A DNA stretch of 64,000 bases from Bacteroidales bacterium (GTDB lineage Bacteria; Bacteroidota; Bacteroidia; Bacteroidales; VadinHA17), in contig DAOSAY010000009.1 in NCBI GenBank assembly GCA_035360515.1, positions 7,674 through 71,673 of the forward strand, read 5' to 3'. This document shows positions 46,114 through 55,798 of this stretch, in pieces. The notes beneath the pieces were generated by a model, which was not told where the DNA came from, did no database searches, and saw nothing but the letters and a program-made list of their open reading frames with translations. The translations under genes were made by a program, and so were the position numbers. Numbering within the stretch: the stretch's first letter is position 1; the number at the start of each line of letters is the position of its first letter.

Positions 46114-48465
46114 ATGAAGGAGGAAAATAAAAAATATAGGAAATATCTAATATGGTTCTGGGGAATTATTGCTCTGCCATACATTTTTATTATAGTAATG
46201 TTTTTACTTATTTCGGCAGAGAAGCTCGGTCCGATGCCAACATTTGAGGAGCTTGAGAACCCGGAAAATAATCTGGCAGCGGAAGTTTACTCAGAAGACG
46301 GAGTTCTCCTCGGGAAGTTTTACATAGAGAACCGTACCTGGACCGATTATAAGGATATATCGAAAAATGTAATAAATGCACTTCTTGCAACGGAGGATAT
46401 CAGGTTTTACAGGCATTCAGGTATTGATATAAGAGGGCTGGGAAGGGTTTTTATCAGGTCGATTCTTTTACAGCAGGAAGCAGGCGGAGGTAGCACAATT
46501 TCTCAGCAGCTTGCAAAAAATCTTTTTAAAACCAGGGGTGGAGTTGACTCCATAAGGTACTCAAGGGTAAAGCGAAAGGTAAATCTTGTAATATCCAAGT
46601 TCAAGGAGTGGTATACAGCTGTTAAGCTGGAGAAGAATTATACCAAAGAAGAAATTATTGCCATGTATCTCAACGTTTTTGATTTCGTTAACAATGCCGT
46701 TGGGATAAGGTCAGCCGCAAGAATTTATTTTAACACCACTCCGGATTCTCTAACCATTGAACAATCAGCAATGTTGATAGGTATGCTGAAAAACTCATCC
46801 AGATACAATCCGTTGAAAAGACCTGAGCTGACACTGGCAAGAAGAAATGTTGTTCTTGACCAGATGGCAAAGTATCAATATATCACCTATGCCGAGGCCG
46901 ATTCCCTCAAGAAACTTCCTCTTGGCCTCAATTACACTGAAGAGAGTCACAATACTGGTCTTGCTACATATCTGCGGGAATATATACGGACTACAATGAT
47001 CAAGTTTGAACCTGACAGGCGATTTTTTTCTTATGAGGAACAATATAATGATGCTGTATGGCAATGGGAGAATAATCCGCTTTATGGATGGTGCAGGAAG
47101 AATAAAAAACCAGATGGTTCAAACTACAACCTTTATAAAGACGGACTGAAGATATATACTACTATAAATTCCAGGATGCAGAAATATGCGGAGGAGGCAC
47201 TGACGGAACATCTTAAGGAGATACAGCCTGCGTTTGACAGGCTGGCAAAAACTTTTAAAAATCCACCTTTTTCCAATGATTTAACAAAAAAGCAGGTAGA
47301 AGAAATACTTATGTCGGCTATCAGGAGAACCGACAGGTACAGGGAAATGGTAAGAAGGAAAGTTCCGGAAGATTCTATAATGCTGGCATTCAACACTCCT
47401 GTTAAGATGAGGGTCTTCTCCTGGAAAGGAGAACGGGATACTGTTATGACCCCTCTTGATTCAATAAGGTATTATAAACATTTCATGCGTTCGTCATTTA
47501 TGATTATGGACCCACATACCGGGCACATTAAGGCTTATGTGGGAGGTCCGGACTTCAGATATTTCAAGTACGATGCTGTTACAGAACAAAAAAGACAGGT
47601 TGGCAGTACAATAAAACCGTTTCTTTATACTCTTGCCATGCAGAATGGTTTTTCACCCTGTTATGAGGTGGAAAACATACCCAGGACATTCTATGTGGGA
47701 GACTCCACATGGACTCCAAGAAGTTCTGGCCCTAGAGAATATCACGGCAAACTTGTGACGCTTAAATGGGGTCTGGCACAGTCGGAGAACTACATTTCGG
47801 CATGGCTTATGACACAGTTTACACCTCAGGCAGTAGTTGACCTGATGCATAAGATGGGAATAAGGAGTTATATAGACCCTGTCTATTCTATATTTCTCGG
47901 GACTTCCGATATTACCCTTGAAGAGATGGTAGGAGCTTACAGTACATTTGCAAATAAAGGAGTCTATACCCGTCCTTTGTATGTAACACGAATTGAGGAT
48001 AAGAACGGGAATGTTATTTCGAGGTTTACTACAAAAGTGGAAGAAGTAATAACCGAGGACCAGGCTTATCTTATGCTTGATCTTTTACAGGGTGTGGTCA
48101 ATCAGGGTACTGCCATCAGGATGAGGTCGGTTTATGGCTTCAAAAACCAGATGGGGGGCAAGACAGGAACAACACAGAACCATGGTAACGGGTGGTATAT
48201 AGGGGTATTACCGAATCTGGTAGGGGGAGTCTGGAGTGGATGGGAGGATCAGAGTATTCACTTTGAGACTCTTGGTGAAGGGCAGGGTGCACGGATTGCT
48301 TTACCAGTAATGGGTTTATTTCTTAAGAAATTATATGCCGATACGGAGTTTGGAATAATGGAAGCCGATGTTTTCGAGAAACCTGCAGGATTCAATATTG
48401 AACTCGACTGTAACAAGGTAAAAAGGGGCACAGGGAGACGGTCGAATTATGTAGAACGCTATTAA
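46114..48465 (+). CDS. mrcA: Penicillin-binding protein 1A (bifunctional glycosyltransferase/transpeptidase)
   Basis: N-terminal TM. GT51 motifs EDIRFYRHSGID and GGSTISQQLAKN. Transpeptidase motifs GSTIKPF (SxxK) and KTGTTQ. Confidence 0.9.
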   Translation: MKEENKKYRKYLIWFWGIIALPYIFIIVMFLLISAEKLGPMPTFEELENPENNLAAEVYSEDGVLLGKFYIENRTWTDYKDISKNVINALLATEDIRFYRHSGIDIRGLGRVFIRSILLQQEAGGGSTISQQLAKNLFKTRGGVDSIRYSRVKRKVNLVISKFKEWYTAVKLEKNYTKEEIIAMYLNVFDFVNNAVGIRSAARIYFNTTPDSLTIEQSAMLIGMLKNSSRYNPLKRPELTLARRNVVLDQMAKYQYITYAEADSLKKLPLGLNYTEESHNTGLATYLREYIRTTMIKFEPDRRFFSYEEQYNDAVWQWENNPLYGWCRKNKKPDGSNYNLYKDGLKIYTTINSRMQKYAEEALTEHLKEIQPAFDRLAKTFKNPPFSNDLTKKQVEEILMSAIRRTDRYREMVRRKVPEDSIMLAFNTPVKMRVFSWKGERDTVMTPLDSIRYYKHFMRSSFMIMDPHTGHIKAYVGGPDFRYFKYDAVTEQKRQVGSTIKPFLYTLAMQNGFSPCYEVENIPRTFYVGDSTWTPRSSGPREYHGKLVTLKWGLAQSENYISAWLMTQFTPQAVVDLMHKMGIRSYIDPVYSIFLGTSDITLEEMVGAYSTFANKGVYTRPLYVTRIEDKNGNVISRFTTKVEEVITEDQAYLMLDLLQGVVNQGTAIRMRSVYGFKNQMGGKTGTTQNHGNGWYIGVLPNLVGGVWSGWEDQSIHFETLGEGQGARIALPVMGLFLKKLYADTEFGIMEADVFEKPAGFNIELDCNKVKRGTGRRSNYVERY

Positions 48466-48479
48466 TCGGCTGACCTGAT

Positions 48480-49844
48480 TCAGCTGAAGAGAAATTTTAC
48501 AAGGTGTTCAATTTTCCCCAGCTGTATAATTTTTAAAGGTGCATTTTTAATAAACGGATCTTTCTGGTATTTTGAGATTACAACACCTGTGAATCCAGTT
48601 TTTGCTGCTTCCCTTATGCGTTGTTCTATCCTCGAAACTGGCCGTATTTCGCCTGTAAGTCCGGCTTCACCTGCAAAACACAATTGTCTGTCGACAGGAA
48701 CATCAAGGTTAGACGAGAGGATAGCACTTATTACAGCCAGGTCTATTGCCGGGTCTGATACTTTAAGGCCACCAGCAATATTCAGGAATACATCCTTCAT
48801 CCCCAATTTAAATCCCGCTCTTTTTTCCAGAATAGCCAGCAACATATTCATTCGTCGTGTATCGAATCCTGTTGAGCTTCTCTGGGGAGTGCCGTAAACC
48901 GCACTGCTTACAAGTGCTTGAGTTTCAATAAGAAATGGCCTGAGGCCGTCAATTGTTGCAGCTATTGTAATTCCGCTCAGTGGTTCATCGTGTTGATTAA
49001 TGAAGAGTTCTGAAGGATTGGATATTTCCCGTAGCCCGCTTTCTGTCATTTCGAATATGCCTATCTCAGAGGTTGAACCGAATCGGTTTTTGACAGATCG
49101 AAGTACCCGGTATGCGTAGTTATTTTCACCTTCGAAATAAAGAACAACGTCCACAATATGTTCAAGAACTTTTGGCCCTGCCAGCGAACCGTCTTTGGTT
49201 ATGTGCCCTATCAGGATAACAGGGATACCCGACAATTTGGAATATTTCAGCAGCTGGGCTGCACATTCCCGCACCTGTGTTACAGAACCTGCAACATTTT
49301 CGAGAACCGGGGTGCTAATTGTCTGGATTGAATCTACGATTATTATTTCAGGTTTTAGATTTTCTGAATGGGTAATTATACTCTCAAGATCTGTTTCACA
49401 GAGTATGAAACACTCTGAATTCTTTTTGCGGATTCTTCTTGCTCTTAGGCTTATCTGCTCGCCGCTCTCTTCGCCCGACACATATAGCACTCTTCTGTCA
49501 GCCTTTTCAAGAGCAATCTGGAGGGCGAGGGTTGATTTACCTACTCCCGGTTCCCCTCCGAGAAGGACTAGAGAGCCAGCTACTAATCCGCCACCCAGTA
49601 TTCTGTCGAGCTCGGACATTCCTGTTTTATATCTCTCTTTTTCTTTTCCGGTGATTTCTGACAGCAGTTCGGGTTTGCGTTTACCAGTATCACCAGCAAG
49701 TTTAAGTTCCCTGGAGGTTGTTGAAGGCGTAATGGTTTCTTCCTGGTATGTATTCCATTCGCCGCAGGAAGGGCATCGCCCTATCCATTTAACCGATTCA
49801 GATCCACAGTTACGGCAAATCCACACTGTTCTGGTTCTGGCCAT
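48480..49844 (-). CDS. radA: DNA repair protein RadA/Sms
   Basis: Zinc finger CRNCGSE..CPSCGEW, Walker A GGEPGVGKST, KNRFG motif, and a Lon-protease-like C-terminal domain. Confidence 0.95.
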   Translation of the reverse strand: MARTRTVWICRNCGSESVKWIGRCPSCGEWNTYQEETITPSTTSRELKLAGDTGKRKPELLSEITGKEKERYKTGMSELDRILGGGLVAGSLVLLGGEPGVGKSTLALQIALEKADRRVLYVSGEESGEQISLRARRIRKKNSECFILCETDLESIITHSENLKPEIIIVDSIQTISTPVLENVAGSVTQVRECAAQLLKYSKLSGIPVILIGHITKDGSLAGPKVLEHIVDVVLYFEGENNYAYRVLRSVKNRFGSTSEIGIFEMTESGLREISNPSELFINQHDEPLSGITIAATIDGLRPFLIETQALVSSAVYGTPQRSSTGFDTRRMNMLLAILEKRAGFKLGMKDVFLNIAGGLKVSDPAIDLAVISAILSSNLDVPVDRQLCFAGEAGLTGEIRPVSRIEQRIREAAKTGFTGVVISKYQKDPFIKNAPLKIIQLGKIEHLVKFLFS

Positions 49845-50862
49845 TAATAGTCAGTTTTATTCTGTCTTTTTTTACAAGAAGATAAAATGCAATAAAGCCA
49901 AGTATTGCACCGTAGATAAGCTGGGATTCATGTGAGATGAGTGCATATGCAAGTCCGTCTTCAAGGCTGACTCCATAGAGTCCGTTGAGTCCGCGGGAGA
50001 TAATAAAATGAAAAGCACCAAGTCCGCTCTGAACAGGTGCTGACATTGCCAGACTACCAATTACAAGCAAGAGAAAACCGTCACTGAAAGTTAAATGAGA
50101 AGTACTTTCAAGGGTAAAAACGACTATCCATGACATCAAGGCATAATTTAACCAGATAAAACCAGTGTGAAAAAGGAATTCTCCTTTTTCCCTTAATGAG
50201 GTAATGGTTTTCAGTCCGGTAACCACGCCCTTTGATATATCAAACATTTTGGCAAAAAATCGGATCTTTCTGAGATTTTTTCTGTAAACAAAAATCAAAT
50301 ACGAAATTAATAAAATTGATGCCAGGATAATTATCCACAATATCAATGCAGAACCGGATGCTGCTTTTATTTTACCAGTGAAAGGTTCCAGTGCATTTTT
50401 TACAAGAAATGAACCGAGTAAATGACCTTTTATTAAAAGCATTATAAAAGTTATGATTAGCAGTGACAGCATATCAACCGTACGTTCTATTATTACAGTG
50501 CCGAAAAGCTGACCGGTTGGTATTTTTTCCTTTTTACCCAGGGCAATACATCTGGTTATCTCTCCTATACGTGGCAATGCCATGTTTGCCAGATAGCCGG
50601 TCATCATGGCATTGAAGGTGTTCTTAAAAGAAGGATTATAACCGAGTGGCCTTATAAGCAATACCCATCTTCTTGCTCGGCTAATATATGCTAAAGTGGC
50701 AAAAATAATTGATAGTACGAGCCATTTGTAATCGGCATGAATAATCTTTTGTCCCAGTCCGGAAAAGTTTATATTCCTGAAAGCCAGCCAAAGCAGGGAG
50801 ATGCCTGCAATCAGAAATGCAAAAAATTTTATTAGCTGGATGATACTTTTTTTAAGGCTCAA
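49810..50862 (-). CDS. Polytopic membrane protein, LPG-synthase-TM / UPF0104-like (flippase-like domain)
   Basis: ~8 TM segments. PRIGEITRC and RARRW patterns are typical of the family as recalled. TTG start (no usable in-frame ATG). Overlaps radA by 35 nt. Confidence 0.6.
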   Translation of the reverse strand: MSLKKSIIQLIKFFAFLIAGISLLWLAFRNINFSGLGQKIIHADYKWLVLSIIFATLAYISRARRWVLLIRPLGYNPSFKNTFNAMMTGYLANMALPRIGEITRCIALGKKEKIPTGQLFGTVIIERTVDMLSLLIITFIMLLIKGHLLGSFLVKNALEPFTGKIKAASGSALILWIIILASILLISYLIFVYRKNLRKIRFFAKMFDISKGVVTGLKTITSLREKGEFLFHTGFIWLNYALMSWIVVFTLESTSHLTFSDGFLLLVIGSLAMSAPVQSGLGAFHFIISRGLNGLYGVSLEDGLAYALISHESQLIYGAILGFIAFYLLVKKDRIKLTINGQNQNSVDLP

Positions 50863-50864
50863 GT

Positions 50865-51215
50865 TCAGACAAGTTTATTTGTACGGGTGTCGGGGAAGAG
50901 AATACGGGGTTTGAAATTTTTTGCCTCTTCAGGGGTCATGGAAGCATAGGAGATAATTATTAATATATCGCCTATAGCCACTTTGCGGGCAGCTGCACCG
51001 TTGAGACATATCTGACCTGAACCTCGTGTGCCTTTAATAACGTAAGTATCAAAGCGCTCTCCGTTGTTTATATTGACTACCTGTACTTTTTCGTTTTCAA
51101 TAATTCCCGCCGCATCCATCAGATCCTCATCGATGGTAATGCTTCCAATATAGTTAAGATTTGCATCCGTAACAGATACATTGTGGATTTTCGATTTTAC
51201 TACCTCAATAAGCAT
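50865..51215 (-). CDS. panD: Aspartate 1-decarboxylase
   Basis: [32 protein letters not shown] includes the Gly-Ser self-processing site. The start is set at ATG 51215. Confidence 0.9.
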   Translation of the reverse strand: MLIEVVKSKIHNVSVTDANLNYIGSITIDEDLMDAAGIIENEKVQVVNINNGERFDTYVIKGTRGSGQICLNGAAARKVAIGDILIIISYASMTPEEAKNFKPRILFPDTRTNKLV

Positions 51216-51253
51216 ATCAATCCCGGTTTTAACATTAAAAATCAGGCACAAAG

Positions 51254-52132
51254 TTAATGAACCTTTTTGGAATACGGATGCCTGAATTCTATATTATCTA
51301 TCAGTCTTATTTTTCCTGCCCATACTGCAATACAGCCAAAGTATTTCTTATCTTCCAGCATAGAATTTTTCCGGGAAACAGGCTGAAGTTCATTTTCATC
51401 AACTATTTCGAAATATTCGAGTTTGAAACCTGGGGTTGAATTTATTGTGCTGGCTACGAACTCTTTTATTTCTGGTATATCTGAGTCTTTAAGCATTTCA
51501 GAGGCATCGGAAAGTGTTTTAAAAATAATTCCTGCTTTTTCTCTTAAAGATGGTTCGAGCAGGATATTCCTGCTGCTCATTGCCAATCCGTCGGGTTCGC
51601 GCACAATGGGGCATCCTATTATTTTTACAGGAAGCCCTTTTTTCCTCACAAGTTCTCTAACTATAACAAGTTGCTGAAAATCTTTCTGTCCAAAATATGC
51701 TCTATCAGGTTTGACTATATCAAATAATCTGCTAACTACCTGGGCTACTCCGTTAAAATGACCGGGCCGGTAAATTCCTTCCATGACTTTATCAAGTTTA
51801 CCGAAATCGTAGTTTTCGATTTTAAGTCCAGCAGGATAAACTTCTTCCACTGGAGGAATAAAAACAGCATCATCTGTTCTGAGTATTTCTGAAAGCAATG
51901 AAAGGTCTTTCTGAGGTGTGCGGGGGTATCTTTCAAGATCGTTTTTATCGTTGAACTGGGTTGGATTTACGAATATGCTCACAGTAGTCAGGGGACATTC
52001 CAGAAGGGATTTTTCAATTAAGGAAAAATGGCCTTTGTGAAGGGCACCCATTGTAGGAACAAATCCTTTCGGGGAGGCCTTTATGGATCCAAGATGATGT
52101 TGCAGATCTTTAACTGTATTGAATACTTTCAT
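51254..52132 (-). CDS. panC: Pantoate--beta-alanine ligase
   Basis: [16 protein letters not shown] (HIGH-like) and YFGQKDFQQ motifs. Confidence 0.95.
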   Translation of the reverse strand: MKVFNTVKDLQHHLGSIKASPKGFVPTMGALHKGHFSLIEKSLLECPLTTVSIFVNPTQFNDKNDLERYPRTPQKDLSLLSEILRTDDAVFIPPVEEVYPAGLKIENYDFGKLDKVMEGIYRPGHFNGVAQVVSRLFDIVKPDRAYFGQKDFQQLVIVRELVRKKGLPVKIIGCPIVREPDGLAMSSRNILLEPSLREKAGIIFKTLSDASEMLKDSDIPEIKEFVASTINSTPGFKLEYFEIVDENELQPVSRKNSMLEDKKYFGCIAVWAGKIRLIDNIEFRHPYSKKVH

Positions 52133-52173
52133 TTTACTGGCAAATAAGTTCTTCTATGTGATGAATTTACATG

Positions 52174-52181
52174 CAAACCTA
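52174..52181 (-). promoter_or_regulatory. -7 promoter box (TAGGTTTG) for the panC-panD-membrane protein-radA operon
   Basis: Exact TAnnTTTG on the minus strand, 41 nt upstream of ATG 52132. Confidence 0.35.
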
Positions 52182-52239
52182 AGAAAAAACAGGGAAGGTG
52201 CGAAAGTTAATAAAAATACTTAATATCAATTATTTTTAC

Positions 52240-52247
52240 TAAATTTG
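52240..52247 (+). promoter_or_regulatory. -7 promoter box (TAAATTTG) for the glgA-like/DUF4270 pair
   Basis: Exact TAnnTTTG, 40 nt upstream of ATG 52288. Confidence 0.35.
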
Positions 52248-52287
52248 CAGCCTGAAACGATTGATGGTTTTTATAGTGGCAGAATAG

Positions 52288-53094
52288 ATGGAAAGTAAGA
52301 AGGTTTTATTTGTTTCCCAGGAGATAACTCCTTATCTGGCAGAGACCAGGATGTCGAAGATAAGCAGGTATCTTCCGCAGGGTATTCAGGAGAGGGGAAA
52401 GGAAATAAGAATTTTTATGCCCCGTTACGGATGCATAAATGAAAGGAGAAACCAGCTGCATGAGGTAATCAGGTTATCAGGAATGAACCTGATTATAGAC
52501 GATACTGATCATCCGCTGATTATTAAGGTGGCATCTATACAGTCGGCGCGGATGCAGGTATATTTTATTGATAATGAAGATTATTTCCACAGGAAATTTG
52601 TTGTGACCGACAGTACAGGTAAAGAGTTTGAAGATAATGATGAAAGAGCTCTTTTCTTTGCCAGGGGGGTACTTGAGACGGTGAAAAAGTTAAGGTGGGC
52701 CCCCGATATTGTTCATTGCCACGGATGGATGTCGGCTCTTGTACCTGTATACCTAAAAGACATTTATCATGACGATCCGATTTTTGCAAATCATAAAATT
52801 ATTTATTCAGTATATAATAATGAGTTTAAAACTCCGTTTAGATCTACGTTTGCAGATAAACTCAGATATGATGGTATAGATGGGGATAATCTGAAACTGG
52901 CTCAGAAGCCTGATTTTATTAACATATCAAAGCTTGCCATCAGGAACTCGGATGCGGTTATTATAGGAAGTGAAGATGTTAATCCCGAACTGTTGAAATA
53001 TATTAAATCGACAGGCAAGCCCGTTCTTGAATATCAGGATGAGTCAAATTACATTGATGCCTATAATGAATTTTATGACAAACTTCTATCGTAA
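52288..53094 (+). CDS. Half-size glycogen/starch-synthase homologue (N-terminal Glyco_transf_5-like domain only)
   Basis: 268 aa. VLFVSQEITPY...HCHGWMSALVP resembles the GlgA N-terminal domain, but the KTGGL motif and the entire C-terminal GT domain are absent. Confidence 0.65.
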   Translation: MESKKVLFVSQEITPYLAETRMSKISRYLPQGIQERGKEIRIFMPRYGCINERRNQLHEVIRLSGMNLIIDDTDHPLIIKVASIQSARMQVYFIDNEDYFHRKFVVTDSTGKEFEDNDERALFFARGVLETVKKLRWAPDIVHCHGWMSALVPVYLKDIYHDDPIFANHKIIYSVYNNEFKTPFRSTFADKLRYDGIDGDNLKLAQKPDFINISKLAIRNSDAVIIGSEDVNPELLKYIKSTGKPVLEYQDESNYIDAYNEFYDKLLS

Positions 53095-54439
53095 AGTAAA
53101 AGATACAGGTAATCCGGCTTGTAATATTTCTTTTTCAAACCATTTGCTTTTTTCCGGAATAGTATTGTTTACAGCACTTTTTTTGTTTTCCTGCACTGAG
53201 AAATTTACTGATATAGGAATTAATTTATTGCCTTCAAAGGATTTTGTAAATATCCGTTCAAATGATACGATAACGGTAGAGTCTTTTACGGAATACCGCG
53301 ACAGTGTTCCCACAAGGAACAAAACCTATTCCTATCTGGGCGGACTTTACGATCCGTATTTTGGCAGTGTTTCATCCGATTTTGTTGCCCAGCTCCGTTT
53401 AACGCAGCGATGGCCTTCAGGTGGCGACAATGTTATTATTGACTCCGTAAAACTTTACTTATATATAAGTGGTGCAAAAGGTGAACTTGGGGTAGACCAG
53501 ATAATAAGTCTTTGGGAGATAACTGAGAAACTGAGTTCCGATTCGGTTTATTATTCAACCCGGGATCCACATGCAGGTTATTATATCGGTTCATTTGCTC
53601 TTCCAAGGGTTGAGAAAGACTCAGCACAAACGCTTCAGGTAAGTTTGCCACTTTCGTTTGGTGAATATCTTTTAAGGGACACTACAAAACTTTTTCAGAG
53701 TGGTTCAGGTGAAGATTTCCGTGACTTTTTCAAAGGTGTTTATGTAACTGTAAAAGAAGCTGGAGAAAGCCAGGGGAAGGGAGTTATCGAAGGAGGGCGT
53801 CAACTTCTGATTCTTCCATTTGAATCGGGAAGTTCAGCGGTTCCTTTTTATATAACAATATATTACCATACTTACAAGGCATCAAATCTTAATTTCAATT
53901 TTATAATAAACAACAACAGTGTCAGGTATAACAGGTATTATCATGATTTCAGCTCGGCAGAACCTGAAAAGAGAATAGTTCACATCAATGATGGGCAGAA
54001 GGATACGCTGAGCTATTTACAGGCATTTTACGGTGTATATACCAGAATAATAATGAAAGGCCTGAGTTCTTTCAGGGATTCACTGCCCATTGCGGTCAAC
54101 AGAGCAAGGCTGAGTGTGCCGGTATTTATCGATGGAGAAATATATGAAAAAACCAATATGCCTTCGCCGGTATATTTGATATATAAATCAAAAGAAGGTT
54201 ATAACTATATTGTACCGGATTATTATATGAGTTCCGATTTTTACAACGGAAAATTTAATTCAACAACTTTAAGTTACACATTTAATATAGCTGCTTTTGT
54301 CCAGAGTTATCTTGAAGGCAAAATTCCTGAACCTGAACTGATCATGTCACTTGGAGATAACGAATACCGAAATATAATTTTTAAAGCAAACACCAGCAAT
54401 TCGCCTGCAAAATTTGAATTAACCTATACCCACTATTAA
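53075..54439 (+). CDS. Uncharacterised lipoprotein (DUF4270-like by position and size)
   Basis: Signal peptide with lipobox LFLFSC. The start is set at ATG 53075, overlapping the glgA-like stop by 20 nt. Family name is from memory of the gene that follows glgA-like genes in Bacteroidota and is unverified. Confidence 0.55.
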   Translation: MTNFYRKVKDTGNPACNISFSNHLLFSGIVLFTALFLFSCTEKFTDIGINLLPSKDFVNIRSNDTITVESFTEYRDSVPTRNKTYSYLGGLYDPYFGSVSSDFVAQLRLTQRWPSGGDNVIIDSVKLYLYISGAKGELGVDQIISLWEITEKLSSDSVYYSTRDPHAGYYIGSFALPRVEKDSAQTLQVSLPLSFGEYLLRDTTKLFQSGSGEDFRDFFKGVYVTVKEAGESQGKGVIEGGRQLLILPFESGSSAVPFYITIYYHTYKASNLNFNFIINNNSVRYNRYYHDFSSAEPEKRIVHINDGQKDTLSYLQAFYGVYTRIIMKGLSSFRDSLPIAVNRARLSVPVFIDGEIYEKTNMPSPVYLIYKSKEGYNYIVPDYYMSSDFYNGKFNSTTLSYTFNIAAFVQSYLEGKIPEPELIMSLGDNEYRNIIFKANTSNSPAKFELTYTHY

Positions 54440-54459
54440 ATTTTTTAATTTTTTTCTAT

Positions 54460-54714
54460 GCCAGAATAAAAAGGCATCTGGAAGGCCGTGGAGAAGCATT
54501 TTCCAGCCAGACCGACACGGAAGCAGTGGCTAATCTGATTGAGCACCTCTATCTTGAAGGAAATCTTACAGCTGAACAGGCAATAATTTCAGCATTAAGC
54601 AACGTTGAAGGAGCTTACGGTCTGGTAATTGTGTGCAGATATGAGCAGGATAAAATATTTGCAGCAAGAAAAGACAGCCCTCTAGTTATTGGTGTTGGTG
54701 ATGGAGAAAATCAT
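54460..54714 (+). pseudogene. glmS: Internal fragment of glmS (glutamine--fructose-6-phosphate aminotransferase), truncated at both ends
   Basis: Translation RHLEGRGEAFSSQTDTEAVANLIEHL...VEGAYGLVIV...IFAARKDSPLVIGVGDGEN is collinear with E. coli GlmS residues ~118-185 (LKARGYTFVSETDTEVIAHLV...LRGAYGTVIM...LLAARSGSPLVIGLGMGEN). The N-terminal Cys1 region and the ~420-aa C-terminal part, including both SIS domains, are absent. Confidence 0.8.
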
Positions 54715-54733
54715 AATTTCGGCATAAATAGGA

Positions 54734-55798
54734 TCAACCTCTTTTCAGGTACATCTTTTCATAATATTTTTCATATTCACCTGAGACAACGTTCTCCAGC
54801 CATCTTGTATTTTCAAGATACCAGTCAACTGTCTTTTCGAGCCCTTCCTCGAAACTTACGGAAGGCTGCCAGCCAAGTTCATTTCTGAGTTTGGATGAAT
54901 CGATAGAATAACGGAAATCGTGCCCCGGACGATCCTTTACGAATGTTATCAGTTTTTCTGAAGAACCCTCCTTTCGTCCAAGTTTACGGTCCATTATTCT
55001 GCACAGTAGCCTCACAAGGTCAATATTCTTCCATTCGTTATTACCACCTATGTTATAAGTTTCACCAATTCCCCCTTTATGATATATTAAATCTATTGCC
55101 GCAGCGTGATCTTCAACATAAAGCCAGTCTCTGATGTTTTCACCTTTTCCGTATACAGGCAGTGGTTTATTGTTCTTTATGTTGTTTATCATCAAAGGGA
55201 TGAGTTTTTCAGGAAACTGGTTTGGGCCATAATTATTTGAACAGTTTGAAATAATTATCGGCAGTTTGTAAGTATTGAAATATGCCCTTACGAAGTGATC
55301 AGAACTGGCTTTTGAAGCAGAGTAAGGACTTTTGGGATCGTATGGGGTTTTTTCAGTAAATGAACCTTTCTTCCCAAGTGTTCCATAAACTTCGTCGGTT
55401 GAGACGTGATAAAAAAGTTTTCCAGCAAAGTGTGAATTCCATGATGCAAGGGCTGCATTCAGCAGGTTTACGGTACCTACAACATTTGTCATTACAAAAT
55501 CGTCGGGACTATCTATTGACCTGTCAACATGCGACTCTGCTGCAAGGTGAATCACTCCATCGAATTGGTATTTATTAAATAGGTCTACAACAGCCTTTTT
55601 ATCAACAATATCTGTTTTTTCGAATATGTAATTTGGAAATTTTTCGATATCAGCAAGATTTTCAAGATTACCGGCATATGTCAGCTTGTCGGCATTAACT
55701 ATTAAATAATCAGGATGTTTAATTACAAACCGCCTCACTACATGAGATCCTATGAATCCTGCACCTCCAGTAACAAGAATGGTTTTTTTCATATTCAT
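54734..55798 (-). CDS. rfbB: dTDP-glucose 4,6-dehydratase
   Basis: VTGGAGFIGSH, YSASKASSDH (YxxxK), and the C-terminal pattern DRPGHDFRYSID. Confidence 0.9.
   Translation of the reverse strand: MNMKKTILVTGGAGFIGSHVVRRFVIKHPDYLIVNADKLTYAGNLENLADIEKFPNYIFEKTDIVDKKAVVDLFNKYQFDGVIHLAAESHVDRSIDSPDDFVMTNVVGTVNLLNAALASWNSHFAGKLFYHVSTDEVYGTLGKKGSFTEKTPYDPKSPYSASKASSDHFVRAYFNTYKLPIIISNCSNNYGPNQFPEKLIPLMINNIKNNKPLPVYGKGENIRDWLYVEDHAAAIDLIYHKGGIGETYNIGGNNEWKNIDLVRLLCRIMDRKLGRKEGSSEKLITFVKDRPGHDFRYSIDSSKLRNELGWQPSVSFEEGLEKTVDWYLENTRWLENVVSGEYEKYYEKMYLKRG

Noticed and set aside
49195-49935. 246-aa ORF on the plus strand
   Set aside because: It is antisense to radA, whose motifs are unambiguous. The product is Ser/Pro/Arg-rich with no recognisable domain.
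54715-54888. C-terminal part of the annotated ORF 54526-54888
   Set aside because: Beyond the GlmS-like GDGEN segment, the frame simply runs antisense through the 3' end of rfbB. Only 54460-54714 reflects former coding sequence.
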